A stretch of 61,684 nt of DNA, filler included, from Choristocarpus tenellus KU-1152 (taxonomy: Eukaryota; Protista; Phaeophyceae): assembly GCA_964200185.2 (NCBI GenBank). It is 12 parts of 12 records of this genome, joined end to end, with 100 filler letters (N's around TTAATTAATTAA, not from the genome) between each part and the next. Parts side by side here need not be neighbours in the genome. Positions count along the whole stretch, not along the records: positions 49,390 to 53,780 come from CAXNAD020014771.1; positions 53,881 to 58,561 come from CAXNAD020013482.1; positions 58,662 to 61,684 come from CAXNAD020022866.1; 9 more parts are not named here. One strand, given 5' to 3'. Each line of letters begins with the position of its first letter. Positions within the stretch are counted from its first letter, which is position 1. The notes beneath the pieces were generated by a model, which worked only from the letters and a program-made list of their open reading frames with translations, ran no database searches and was not told the origin of the DNA. A program made the position numbers and the translations under genes. Of this stretch, positions 50,346 to 61,684 are shown in pieces.

Positions 50346-53300
50346 TACATAGTAACTACAAGACCTTTGATAAGAGCAGGATTTATAGACAGGTTGTGCG
50401 ATTATAAGGAGGCAGTTGTTGTTGATGTTTTTGTTCTGATTGCAATGGTGTAATGATACTTTTCCTTCAAAACCACCTCCTCTCTCCTCCCGATCCACCC
50501 ATCCAGAGGATCACCGTACTAATCTAAATCCAAAACAACAAAACTAGAAATGTGTAGGTCATATATGAATACAACGTGAAGGCCAAAAGGGTGCATTTCT
50601 ACCAGGGTGAAACAAAATAAAAACAAGACCAAAGGTCCTCTACACTACTACTTCCACATGACGATTGTTTTGATCTTCTAGTAGTATACCAGAGTCAGAC
50701 CATAACACATATATTCGGTTTGACCTTCCCTTGATATGGAAGCAATGTTTTAATAGAGTGAGAAGGTGATGAGGTAGATTGAAATATTACGAGATGGACG
50801 ATGTGATGCAGAGATAATCAGAACAACGGTGTGTTTTGAAAATATGTTGGTGTGAGTTGGAAGTTGAAAATCTTGATTCTGTTCGGTACGTGAATTGTAA
50901 TTTGTTGCAAAAAGTCAATCATAAGTGATGATGCGATAGTGATACAGTGATGATCCATACAAAACTGTTTATTGGAGATACTACAGTACAGTATTTTATC
51001 CATAGTGAACGAAGATTTAAGAGGTTGATGATATTTTACACAAATTAGAAAATCTAAATTGTGTATAGATTGTGTCGAACCTGAAATTCGTCTCTCGTCC
51101 CTCCTGTATTATTTGTTAGTGAAAAGATGCAACCAATCTTACCCTGATTCTACCAAAATTGGTCGAAATTATTTTAGCATCTCAGGAATAATGAACGGTG
51201 GTCGTATGAGAAATCGCCATAGAATCACTATCAACATTTCTCCATTTTCAGAATCTTCTTAGTGTTCAATTACCCTTGTCACTCTTGACACAAAATATAT
51301 AGGAAAAATAAAGTAATTCATGACATTTGAAATATAGTTGGAAGTTGAGAATAAGTTCATCCATTATCTATTTCCTAAACTTCTGGCATTTTCGGAGATG
51401 GGTCTTGGAAATAACCGAACCAAAATCATAAGAACTCCTTTATTATTAGTAAACTACAGTTCTCGTGAATGCAAAAGATATTGAGGGGAAAATGGTGGGA
51501 TGTTTTTCGATTATTGATTCTTTAGAGTTCAGACCTCTCTAACAATAGCACAAAATCATAATCGTGACATGTGTCATATTGGAGAGGATAGAAGAACATA
51601 CATCGCACAATATATAGAGGATAGAAGAACCCATCCATATCGAACAACACCCCAACATACTATAGGGTATTTTTGGAAACGTTGTGAATGTGTCCCTACC
51701 CCTAACCAACCTACGCAGTTCTTAACAACGACAAAGCGCAGTTCACTTGAAGTCGAGCTTCTTCCACGTACACCAACACCTCTTGTTCACTAGTTCCCTA
51801 CGCAACATGTCCGGTACAGAACCAGCCGACAGTTGATCAGCAGCTATTCAAGATCCGACTGGGCAATGTGCTGGTGTAACCAGCATTTCCAAGAAGGAAG
51901 GAAGATGATAGGACAGAAGGTGGACTTCTTCGTCCTAGCAAGCGATGTAGAGTGCAGTGCAGGGATTGGATTGTTGAGCAATAGTCGACACGTTGTGAGG
52001 GAGATCGCAAGGAGTGTTTTACTGTATCTTGTAGGACCAGACCTCCCAATCAAGACGTCCTGTGTAGATGTAGTGATCGAACCCTTTTGTCGGAGAATAA
52101 CTTGGAAATTTAGAAACGAAAGTCGATAAGGTAAGTTTGAATGCGTACCATTAGTCAACGCCGTAGGAATGAATATACACGAAATACACAAGACTCCTGT
52201 GCCTCGTAAACATTTCCTTGAGCCGTGCACCAGACAGATGAGCACCCCACATCAAACTTGGTTGATAACCGTGGCAAAGGGGTAGACGACTTCGCTTCAT
52301 CCGTTAGTAAGAGAAGAAAAGTAGCATTCGGTGACGGTTTATGATGCCAATCTAGGAAAGACCTAAAGGAATAGAGGAGACATATATAAAGATGTGGGCA
52401 TGTAGTGTCTATAATGTACATAGAAACGTTGAGACTCCAAGACTATGCACCAAACTTGATGTTGCACTAGCACTTACGAAGTGAACCAGGACTGAATGAA
52501 ATGATGGCATTTTTGATGGGTAGTAGGGTGCAGGTTTAATGCACGACAATGGACTCTGCTTGATGACTTAGCAGTACCGCAAGACACTAGCACTGTGCAA
52601 GATGTTCGATGAAGAAGCCCAGCATGCTCCCACAGGATGAATCTATCATTGAACTCCTCTGAGTGCAATCATACACATTTTGCTGTACGAGAATCGATAG
52701 GTTAGGGTTGAGGCCTTCCATATCTGTATCAATTGCCAGAGAACCGTTAGGGGGCAGGGTAGCATGAGACCTTCAAGCTATCCCTAGTCACACTGCTTTG
52801 TACTGACCTGTTTCAAAGAGTTGCAATCGGCTCAAAGTATCTGGGGAGGTCCTATTCCCCCCAAGCACAAAGCATAATCAAGGCTGCTAGTGCGCAAAAC
52901 AGGAAATGACAAAAATGAAGATAAATAAGTAAAGAAGGACCAAAAAGTGCTAATAATAAATATAGAGAAACGAAACAAAAATAAAAATAAAACTGAAAAT
53001 AGATGGAAAATAAATAAAAACTGACAATGGATAAAAAATTAATAAAACAATATGTGGATGGTGAGGGTAACAAAGTGGAAACTGAATAAAAAAATAAATA
53101 AACTACAAGGAAGAACAAAAAAGGAAGAAAAAAAAGAGATGAACGTTAGTAAATAAGGAGAGTAACAACTATGAAAAAAATAAAAAATCAGGGGATGATG
53201 GGATGAGAACTAAAAATAAATTAACATTAGGAAAACAGAAGTGAGATATAGAAGATATAAAAAAAGATAATTCAAGATCACAGAGAGTTGTTACAACATA

Positions 53301-54209
53301 GAAAAGAGGAACATAAACAAATAAAAATAAAAAGTAGTGAATTCAGTGTTTATATTTTCTAAGGACTTCAGCCTATACAACCGATGTATATTATATATAT
53401 ATAATGTATATTATATACTCGCAGCCACCATATAATGCTTTTCGGGTAATGATGTGATACGCAAGAGTTATGATCACTCCTACTCTCAGTTAACAATGTA
53501 CTTCGAAGTAGTAATAAACATCTTGACAACTCATTGAAGACATGGTGAGCTTTACTTGAAAATGACGAGACTAGTTGACACTAATTTATGAAGAGAGGAG
53601 AATTGTTGAGAAAATGTATAATATACCTTTAGATCGGGTAAACATGAATGAGGACGATTATTATGCGTTAGTGTCAAGCAAGTATTTTTTTCTGTGGAAG
53701 AGTCATTTGCCCTGATTGTGTAAGTCATGAAAAGGTGTGTCCGGAACAAGGATATTGACACTTCCCAACAAACACGATAGNNNNNNNNNNNNNNNNNNNN
53801 NNNNNNNNNNNNNNNNNNNNNNNNTTAATTAATTAANNNNNNNNNNNNNNNNNNNNNNNNNNNNNNNNNNNNNNNNNNNNCCCGCTCACAAACCACCCCC
53901 CACCCCCCAGATACTTTGATCCTTATATATTTAGACAGTGGTGATAGTATGGTTTCTATAGAGGTAGGTTTCCTGTATAAACGATATGCAGACTGACAAG
54001 GTAGCAAATTCATGAGTATCCACCTTCGTTGTTTTATTTGGTTAATACAATGTATATGGTAGATCAACTACATTAATAACAAATTGGATTGGTTTTGATG
54101 AAGGAATTACTCTTTAGTGTTTTATACACTACTATTGTTCGAGGTTGCTTTTGTTGTGATAGGTACGATAAGATGATTCAACATATTCAAAGGCTATACC
54201 CAGAGGAAG

Positions 54210-54831
54210 CAGATAAAATGCGTAGTCTGTGTTGCGAGTAAATGTGATTGTGGTGCAAAGCACCGATGTATTTATTCTTTTGCAACTGAGTTCGTTGATC
54301 TCTCAGTCAAGAATGATGTGATGTGAATTCAGTGTTCTTTCGTGAGATACTCAACAAAGGAAGTCCATGGTCTGTGGAGAGGCTTCTTACCTTGGATGGC
54401 AAGGGTTTCTTAGATGGTTTTGACTCTGATTATGTTTCGTCCATGAGTGCACCAGGTACACTTATTGCAGAATGAACATGGTATATATTATTGTGAGGAA
54501 TCAACAGCAGCCAAGAAAGAAATAATAATCAACAATCAAGGTACAACTGTCATCTTCTGCTGATAAGAAGAAGAAAGAGTGAAAAAAGCAAACAAGAGAA
54601 CAAGAGAACCAACTTGAACTAATATGCGATGCAACTCAAGCAACGTATACTATTCCTGCGTGTGGAACGCAGAGCATCTGTTGTACTGCAGTGCTCTGAC
54701 AGTAATTGATGTGGTGATGATGAACTAGTAACAGTAATGACCAGTGCGTACCAGACCAATCAACAGTCAGTGTTGACTGGTGTAACTGTAGCGTATCAAG
54801 GAAAAAAGGATGAATAGCCTATGTTTTAACA
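54210..54831 (-). mobile_element. Partial LTR, same family, abutting or inserted into a Tc1-like relic
   Basis: Ends ...GAATAGCCTATGTTTTAACA at 54831; the body aligns with 48890-49210. Confidence 0.8.
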
Positions 54832-56602
54832 AGGCGCAGCACCATGATCAAATCATGCAATGGACCACACGGCCACGACACTAACGCTGAGAGAAGATGT
54901 ATTGAAAGCATTACCACACAAACGTGGTTGGATCTTCAACCGTTGCGGAGCAGTGCTCCGCAGTCTCTGCTGTTGAAATCCACACTGGACCCGCAGCTGT
55001 GTGCCTTGATAGAAGACAATGAATAACGTGATGTATATATACAATATTAATGTCACAAGGGGTTCTGGTCTCAATTCCATTGACTGAACTGGTGGGGGGT
55101 GAGACATGCCTAGACTATCATTACTATTCCTATAGTGTGGGGTTTGCAAATCGTCCACACTAATTTATTATGAATATTTATTTACTTGTCTTAAGTATGG
55201 CAAGTGTATCTTGAACATGACACAGAAATCAATGGACAGTATGAGTCAGTACATATGATGTGTCACTGGCTCTCCATCCTATTACCTACTCCACCGGTGG
55301 TGTCTATAGTGTATCAGTAGCACTCTCTACGAACACCTGCCGCCTGGGAAAATCAGGAAGAGACTGGCGAATCCATCACTAGGTGGTACAGGGACGAAGT
55401 CCATGGGGAAGCCTGGTCACGGCGGGTGAAGGGAGAACCAGGGTGGTCGGTCAAAGGGAAGGTTGGGGAGGAGAGCAGTGGGATTGTGAGCCATTGCGCT
55501 CAGGAAACACCTAAGCGAAAACTGAGGTGTAGAATATCTTTGTAGTCGACAGTGTTTGCAGGCCCTGGCTGTTTGGAAGGTATATGAGCTGGAGTGGCTT
55601 AACGAAACGAGAAAGGTGTCAGGGTTGGGGTACAAGGGCTCTAAGGCCGACAAAAGGTCGAAAGGGCTCGCAAGGCGGAGGAGAAAACGATCGTAACAAA
55701 GGCAGCTGCGGAGAATTTTCGCTATCACCAAATCCTTTACTTTGAGGAGGTCACGAAGCAGGTGGAGGTAGCCATCGACTATGTAGGGAAACTTAAGGGG
55801 GTGCAACAAATTTTGTGGGAAAGGGGATGTTAGAACCCGGAATGACGAAGGATGGAGGGAAGGGAGAGAAACAGAACCCAAGCAAAAGCATGTTGCAAAT
55901 GCTTGGAGAGCAGAGGACTTCAATGATGTAGTTCCTAGTCTTCAGTTTCTTGTCGCCTGGTACTGAGGGGTATGCCTAATGTTCCCAAAGTATCACTGTG
56001 ACCTCAACCCCATTGAGCTCGTGTGGGGTTGAGCAAAGCACTGGCTATGACAGCTTTGTACCTATTGTTTGGATAAACTCCGAAAAAACGTTCCTTGAGC
56101 TTGGAACCACCTGAAGATAGGCAGCAGCAGGCTGTTTGACTTGTCCAGAAGTACTGAAAGAAGGCATATACACACCATCTTGTCTACTTTAAGACAGCTG
56201 CCACTGGACCAGAAGCCGACAAGGAGTACAAGAGGTACAAGTCTCATAGGCGCCCAGCACATCCAGAATTCCTGATGGTGGAAGATGGAGACAAGAGTTA
56301 CATTAACATTTACGACTCATTCTTTGGGTCGTTCGTTTGATGGTGTTTAGGCTTACGTATAATCAGGTTTACTTTTAAGTAATAGTACATCTCTTCTCAC
56401 TCTTGGTGACCTACAATCCAGGATTGAAACCCCATAAAAAGGGTAAAAAAAAAAAAGAGAAATCGATTTTTTTCAGAAAGTCCCTGGTCTGGACGACCTC
56501 GTGAGAGGTATCACTAATATACACAATTATTGTTGAAATCCGATTTCTACATCAAAAGTTATGATGGGACAACGCCAGAGACGTAAGGTATTGGTACCAC
56601 TA
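54832..56602 (+). mobile_element. Decayed IS630/Tc1/mariner-like DNA transposon (DDE_3-type transposase pseudogene, internally deleted)
   Basis: GKLKGVQQILWERG (~55786) and LMFPKYHCDLNPIELVWG*AKHWL (~55976) are typical C-terminal catalytic-E motifs. The 5' part is homologous to 61056-61620. Confidence 0.8.
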
Positions 56603-57307
56603 GAACATTAGTGCCTAACCTCCTATATATTATTATGCCCTCTGACACCCTCTGACATTTTGCAGATGTGTCAGGGGGGAAACAAATGAAAACTATACAT
56701 ATATATGTCAGTATAAGCCCTAAAGAAAAGAAATATCAAAAATGTGAAAAACACTTAAAAACACTGTAAGTGTAAAAAGCACTAATATTTCACCACTACC
56801 TTCCTGTGTTTCCCATCTACCTACTCCTGCGCCCTGGGGGGGGAGGCTAGGGAGGCATCCCAATAATCCAACAAACCCCTCCGTACCCACCTCCCTGGTG
56901 ACTCTAGTTCAAAGCGCATGACACGTCTAGACAGTGCCACTTGCGAGGTCACCGAGACAATTTGGTGTAGCCGGGATTGACTACTACTCCTTTCCTGCAA
57001 TATCCTCCAGCTCCTCTCCCCCCTAACATGTGAGTAGCCAGCCCATCCAGGAAGCATTCCGCTCGCTTGCCTACTATATCCTTCTACTCCATGATGGTTG
57101 TCAACGACGAATATAGAAATGGTTGTTATGAGTGAATACTTCAACGGTAGGAGTAATTCAATCGAAAAATCCAAAATTGCAAAGCAAACATAGTTCTATT
57201 CACAGCTGATGGTCTCTCTTGTTGCTTGCAAACCTGGATTGAACGACTTGTTGACCGCCGACTCATCATGCTGTGACTATTTCTGTGGAATCTCTATTGG
57301 TCCGCAG

Positions 57308-58513
57308 CTGTTCTCTCCGAGCAGCAAGAATCCAAGGGAGCGACAACTACAGAGGTGGCAATGGGCGACATTATTCAGGAGGCGTTGGAGACAAAGATAC
57401 CTCTTTCAGAAAGCCTCTCCACATCATCCCATTATCGAGCTCTGCCGAGGAATGTATCTACAGCTTCAGACTCCTTGTCTTCAGTCCAAATATTAGCTGC
57501 AACACCCTCTTCATCGGGCCCTGGTTGGGAAGAGGACTGGGGTGTGGGTGAGGGCGATGGGAACAACGAGGTAGTTGGTGTTTCCTCTCGACGAACGGGG
57601 AAGAGATCACAACGCATGCCGCACCAACTAAGGTCCTTACCTGCTTCCCAACTGACTAGATCCAAATCGGTTGAAGACATCGTTGCAATCTCAGCTGGAG
57701 GAATGGTAGGGGAACCTAGGACAACAGATGATATCAATCCAAGTACCATGCTAAGGACAAGAGAGGAGTCACGGGAGTTAGGGAGAAGAACCCCCTGGAT
57801 AAGGCGTATTCGTACCAAGAGTAGTACTGTCTTTTCAGGGATGCTTCGATGCTGCTCTTTCCCATCCTTCTCCAGTGTTGCATCCTCAGGGAGGTCATCA
57901 TCGTTGGGGATGGATGCCAGCCTCAGCCCAGCGGTGGATGAAGTGGAAGTCACAGTAAGATTTACGGGCGTTATTTCAGATGATGATGGGTACAAATCGG
58001 TTCATGTGTCTGCATTCTCAAAGACTGGCGGGTGGCACGTGGATAATGAAGACAGGTAGGGGAGGGCATGGACAAGCACTCTTGCAATGATGTTATTGGT
58101 TACGCATCTATTCTCTGGATAAGGACTGTTAGCCGCGTCTCTTGTCCCGGTTCTTCCCTCCCTCTGCCCTGGCCTCAACTGGAACTTAATCTCAATATCT
58201 CCCTTGTCCTGGCTTTGCCCTTCCCCAACTCCTACCCCCTTTCTTCCCGCCCTCTCACCTCTAATCATGAGGTGTGTACAGATTCCAGGTGGTCAATATG
58301 CTCAAACTAGGCTCACTGGATTCAGCGGCAACGGTAGTGATGGATGAATCTGCAGGGAAAAATGAAGAAAATTCTGACGACACCAAAAGTATTACTAATG
58401 GCGACTCTGTGCCACTGGAAGCACAACCTTTGCCTCAGATCTTCTTTGCAGGAGTGTATGATGGTCATGGCGGATCTGCTTGCTCGTCCTTTCTGAAGCG
58501 GAGGCTGCATCAG
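57308..58513 (+). CDS. PP2C/PPM-type protein phosphatase, partial (exons ~57308-58055, 58282-58513)
   Basis: HVSAFSKTGGWHVDNEDR|F (motif 1) and FFAGVYDGHGGSACSSFLKRRLH (DGHGG motif), joined by a phase-2 GT-AG intron. The contig end truncates the gene. Confidence 0.85.
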
Positions 58514-58723
58514 GTATGAATTATGAAGGAGGATTAAGGATTTGACTGGGGGGGGGAGAGGNNNNNNNNNNNNNNNNNNNNNNNNNNNNNNNNNNNNNNN
58601 NNNNNTTAATTAATTAANNNNNNNNNNNNNNNNNNNNNNNNNNNNNNNNNNNNNNNNNNNNTCTGTGTAGACCCCCCCCCTCCCCCAGATACTTTGGCCC
58701 GTGGCAAAAAAATAGATACTACA

Positions 58724-58895
58724 GAGTGAAAGTATCATAGAGGGTACGAATTTTTCCCTGTTTGTCCATTTGGGCTTTGCCTCCCACGGGTTTTTAATGA
58801 CATTTTCCTACTCCAAGATGTTCTGGAGTAGGTAGATTGTTTACATTATGAAAAGATGTGTGCGGAACAAGGATGTTGATATCTCCAGTTAACAC
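58724..58895 (-). mobile_element. MITE family B, partial copy (another partial at ~53700-53780)
   Basis: Begins GAGTGAAAGTATCATAGAGGGTACG, the reverse complement of the family B right end. Confidence 0.75.
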
Positions 58896-58900
58896 CACTA

Positions 58901-59130
58901 GTGACCAACCAATGCGACTAATCTTCGCAACCTGTTTCCAGTCACCAGTCTATATTCTGTGACCAACCAGTGCAACTAACCGTCACCCTTGAATTCCAAT
59001 CACCAACTACATCAGATAACCAACCTGTGCGGCCAACCTTCGCCACCGATTTTCAGTCACTAACCATATTCTATTATCAAACAGTGCGACCAATCTTCCC
59101 CACCAGGTTCCAGTCACCAACCAGTGCTGT
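58901..59130 (+). repeat. Degenerate 57-58 nt minisatellite, 4 copies
   Basis: Units begin at 58901, 58959, 59016 and 59073 (core ACCAACCAGTGCGAC...TTCCAGTCACCA). Confidence 0.8.
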
Positions 59131-59819
59131 CTATTTCCGTGAATCTATCCACCTTCCTTCACAACACGTTCCACAACTTTCCACTCCACCACACCATTCA
59201 ACATCACTCAACACCACTTCACAATCATCCAAGAACACCCCTTCATCATCCTCTTCAATACCGTGCCTTTGAAGTAGAAGACATCTACCCCGCCTGAACT
59301 TGACCTCCCCCCCCTTTCCCCAGCATCCCAATCGGTCGTGAGCAATCGAAATGTTGGGTGGGTGGGAAGGATTACTTGGAGTTTAAAATGTTCTTGCCCT
59401 GCTTGTCCTGCACCACCAACCTCAGGTGTGCCTTTTGCTCTGTCCTATTCCTTCCTACCTCGTACCTCCACCTACCACCCATTTCTTTGACGTCTCTCCT
59501 AACTCTTCTGCCTTTGGCCAACCCAGTACAAATCTCTTCGTCCACCTTCTCAATATTTTATTTTTCACCCTCATCAACATTGCGCTCACCATACATCATC
59601 CCTCTACAATTCTTCCAACTACAAAACTCAGATTACTTCATAAACTTCCACTTGTAATATTCTATAATGGAACAATATAAAATAACATAAGAAATATCAC
59701 TACGTGTTATATTTAGTAATCAGAAAGTAGTAGAAATTTGAAATTTAGGATAGAAGATTCAAGAATGATGGCATGACTATGACGTAGCTAGCTCGAGTAT
59801 GAAAAATATTACCTCACCC

Positions 59820-60311
59820 CTAATTGTGATACGTAACATCTTCTAACATGACCAAGTTCATGGTCATCGCTTACTCAACATGACTAGGACAACTGGCCGG
59901 CCATGAACAACCAAGTTCGAACATGGCTGAGTTCATGACCATCACCTACTCAAAATGACTGGGGCACCACTGGCCATGTATAACCAAGTTCAAAATTGAC
60001 TAAGTCCATGGTCATTGCCCGTTTCAGCATGACCAGGCCACAGACTGGCCCGTGGTCATATGGCCAACAGTGGACATGGTAACTGTCCCGCCTGGTGAAA
60101 AGCCGTGAACGTGTGTGATTGACAGGACCGGACCGTGATCATCCACATTGTAAGCTGGACCAGAGCCAGGCTTCGGTCCCGGCCTGGTGCGATCACTCAG
60201 TCTAGAAACCTGCCGATCCGATGTATAACCAGGCGTCCAGAGTACTAGTAGTTACATTAATGTGACATTCTGAGAGTAGTAGTAGTTCCCAGATTCCCGT
60301 ATCACAATTAG
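59820..60311. repeat. ~490-bp element bounded by a 14-bp inverted repeat and containing ~3 copies of a ~73-bp unit
   Basis: CTAATTGTGATACG at 59820-59833 and CGTATCACAATTAG at 60298-60311. Units start near 59845, 59920 and 59993. Confidence 0.6.
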
Positions 60312-61049
60312 CCGAGAATATCTGAATGTTTTGGCTTTGCTCATCGCTTTCACTTATTCACAAATACTCCTAGTGGTTCTGACAGCTCCCCTCCCCAATC
60401 GACCCATCTGCGTCACATTGTGGTACTCATACCTATTGAAAAGGGAGGATCCTGATTTTATATAGAAATCATGGAATCAACAAATAAAGACAGTAAGGTG
60501 GTACCAGTAGCTTCGCCCTCTGTGGCAATCTTGAATTTTTTCACCATGCACACACCAAAGATACACAACAATATATATATCAAATAAAAGGGTATGACAA
60601 GAGTTTTTGAAGGTTTGTATCCACGAATGTCCAGGCTTCGGGGAATGGGAGCTATGTCCTGATCAAAGAATGGAAAAAACGCGGAGGAATAGCTCCGGTG
60701 CAACTTTGAGGGTCACGACTTCAAAAAGGACAAAAATGAAGTGGTTGGCAAAACTCCTTTCAGAAACCTGGTCCAGGTTAGGCCGCTGCCAAACTTTGGC
60801 CGGTGTGTGTGCACCAAAACAAAATTCAAGATTTCCAGACATCTTTTTAACGCCTTTTGCAGATTTTCTGTGAGCACACACAGACGTGACTTACACAGCA
60901 ACATGAACCACGACGGTGAGACAGGGAGAGCCGCCGAGTCCAATCTGCCCCCTGGATCTACCCTTGGTACCTTCTCTGTCGAAAGGTCACGGAAAAGCAA
61001 GTACCGTGTGACACTCAGTGTGATGTTAGGTTACGAGAAAGTGCGAGTA

Positions 61050-61684
61050 GTGTGGTGCAGCAGCATGATCAAATCGCGAAATGGATCGCGCGGTCGCAAC
61101 ACTGACGCTGAGAGAAGATGCATTGAAAGCATTACTACACAGACGTGGTTCGATCTCAACCATGTCGGAGAACTGCTCTGTAGTCACTGCTGCCTCGGGA
61201 AACAGGAAGAGAGCGGCGAATCCATCGTGTACAGTGACGAAGTCTGTGGGGAAGCCTGGTCACTGTGGGCGAAGGAAATAGAGTGGCCACCCGAAGGGAA
61301 GGTTGGGGAAGAGTGCAGTGCAACTGCGTGCCATTGCGCTCAAGAAACGCCTACGCGAAAACCCGGGTTTAGAATATCTTAGTAGTCGACAGTTACAGCA
61401 GGCCCTGGCTGTTTGGAACCTGTGCGAGCCGGAGTGGCTTAAGGAAACGAGAAAGAAGGTGTTAGGGGCTACAAGGACTCTGAAGCCCGAAAGAAGGTAG
61501 AAAGGGCTCGCAAGGAGGAGGGAAAGCGATTGTAACAAAGGCAGCTGAGGAGACTTTTTGATACCACCAAATCCTCTTCTTAGAAGAGGTCGTGAAGCAG
61601 GTGGAGGTAGCCATCAACCAGGACGCCAGGGAAGAAGAGGAGGTGAGATTGAGACTATTTGCACACCAATGCTTTGATTTCTCC
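61050..61684 (+). mobile_element. Second copy of the Tc1-like element (5' region), runs off the window
   Basis: 61056-61190 matches 54836-54960, and 61200-61620 matches 55340-55780. Confidence 0.75.

Noticed and set aside
50500-52700. Decayed coding-like sequence (also 14960-15330, 39830-40260, 42183-42660, 46200-47600)
   Set aside because: It looks like old element or gene relics, but I could not support any motif.
52852-53340. Hydrophobic Phe-rich ORF in an A-rich stretch
   Set aside because: It is strand-biased low complexity starting right after a family A G-tract, most likely poor-quality sequence.
12669-58661. Regularly recurring TTAATTAATTAA as a biological repeat, and ORFs ending in X...LIN
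   Set aside because: It is always centred in N runs of fixed length, so it is an artificial six-frame-stop linker.
12769-58700. C-rich CCCCAGATACTTTG contig starts as telomeres or programmed chromosome-breakage sites
   Set aside because: The same motif occurs internally as both ends of an intronic element (7000-7386), and genes are cut mid-structure at contig ends.
58901-60060. CRISPR-like arrays
   Set aside because: The units are degenerate along their whole length, with no constant repeat plus unique spacer. There are no cas genes and the context is eukaryotic.

Overview
Eukaryotic, intron-rich genomic DNA, most likely from a brown alga or close stramenopile relative (EsV-1-7 cysteine repeat, GH81 laminarinase, a plastid-type presequence). 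The window is not one locus. It is 12 contigs of about 3-13 kb joined by 11 artificial 100-nt linkers (N44-TTAATTAATTAA-N44), so gene neighbourhood across linkers has no meaning. Recognisable genes: a 15-exon, 5'-truncated GH81 endo-1,3-beta-glucanase with a C-terminal CBM6 (+); the last two exons of eIF2-beta (-); an EsV-1-7 repeat exon; an orphan multi-exon gene; an M32 carboxypeptidase with an organelle-type presequence but an in-frame TGA and a 2-nt frameshift (-); a PP2C phosphatase fragment (+); and an initiator-type tRNA-Met(CAT) that lacks several canonical initiator identity elements. The rest is rich in mobile DNA: two related MITE families sharing an AAAGTATCT terminal core (one marks most contig breaks), solo LTRs with 5-bp target-site duplications, IS630/Tc1-like transposase relics, a possible Sola2-like transposase relic, and two decayed intronless RecQ-like helicase fragments. 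I found no convincing novel multi-gene system. The best leads are the atypical tRNA-Met, the helicase-carrying element relics, the disrupted M32 gene and the MITE pair. All homology calls are by eye from motifs; no database searches were run.
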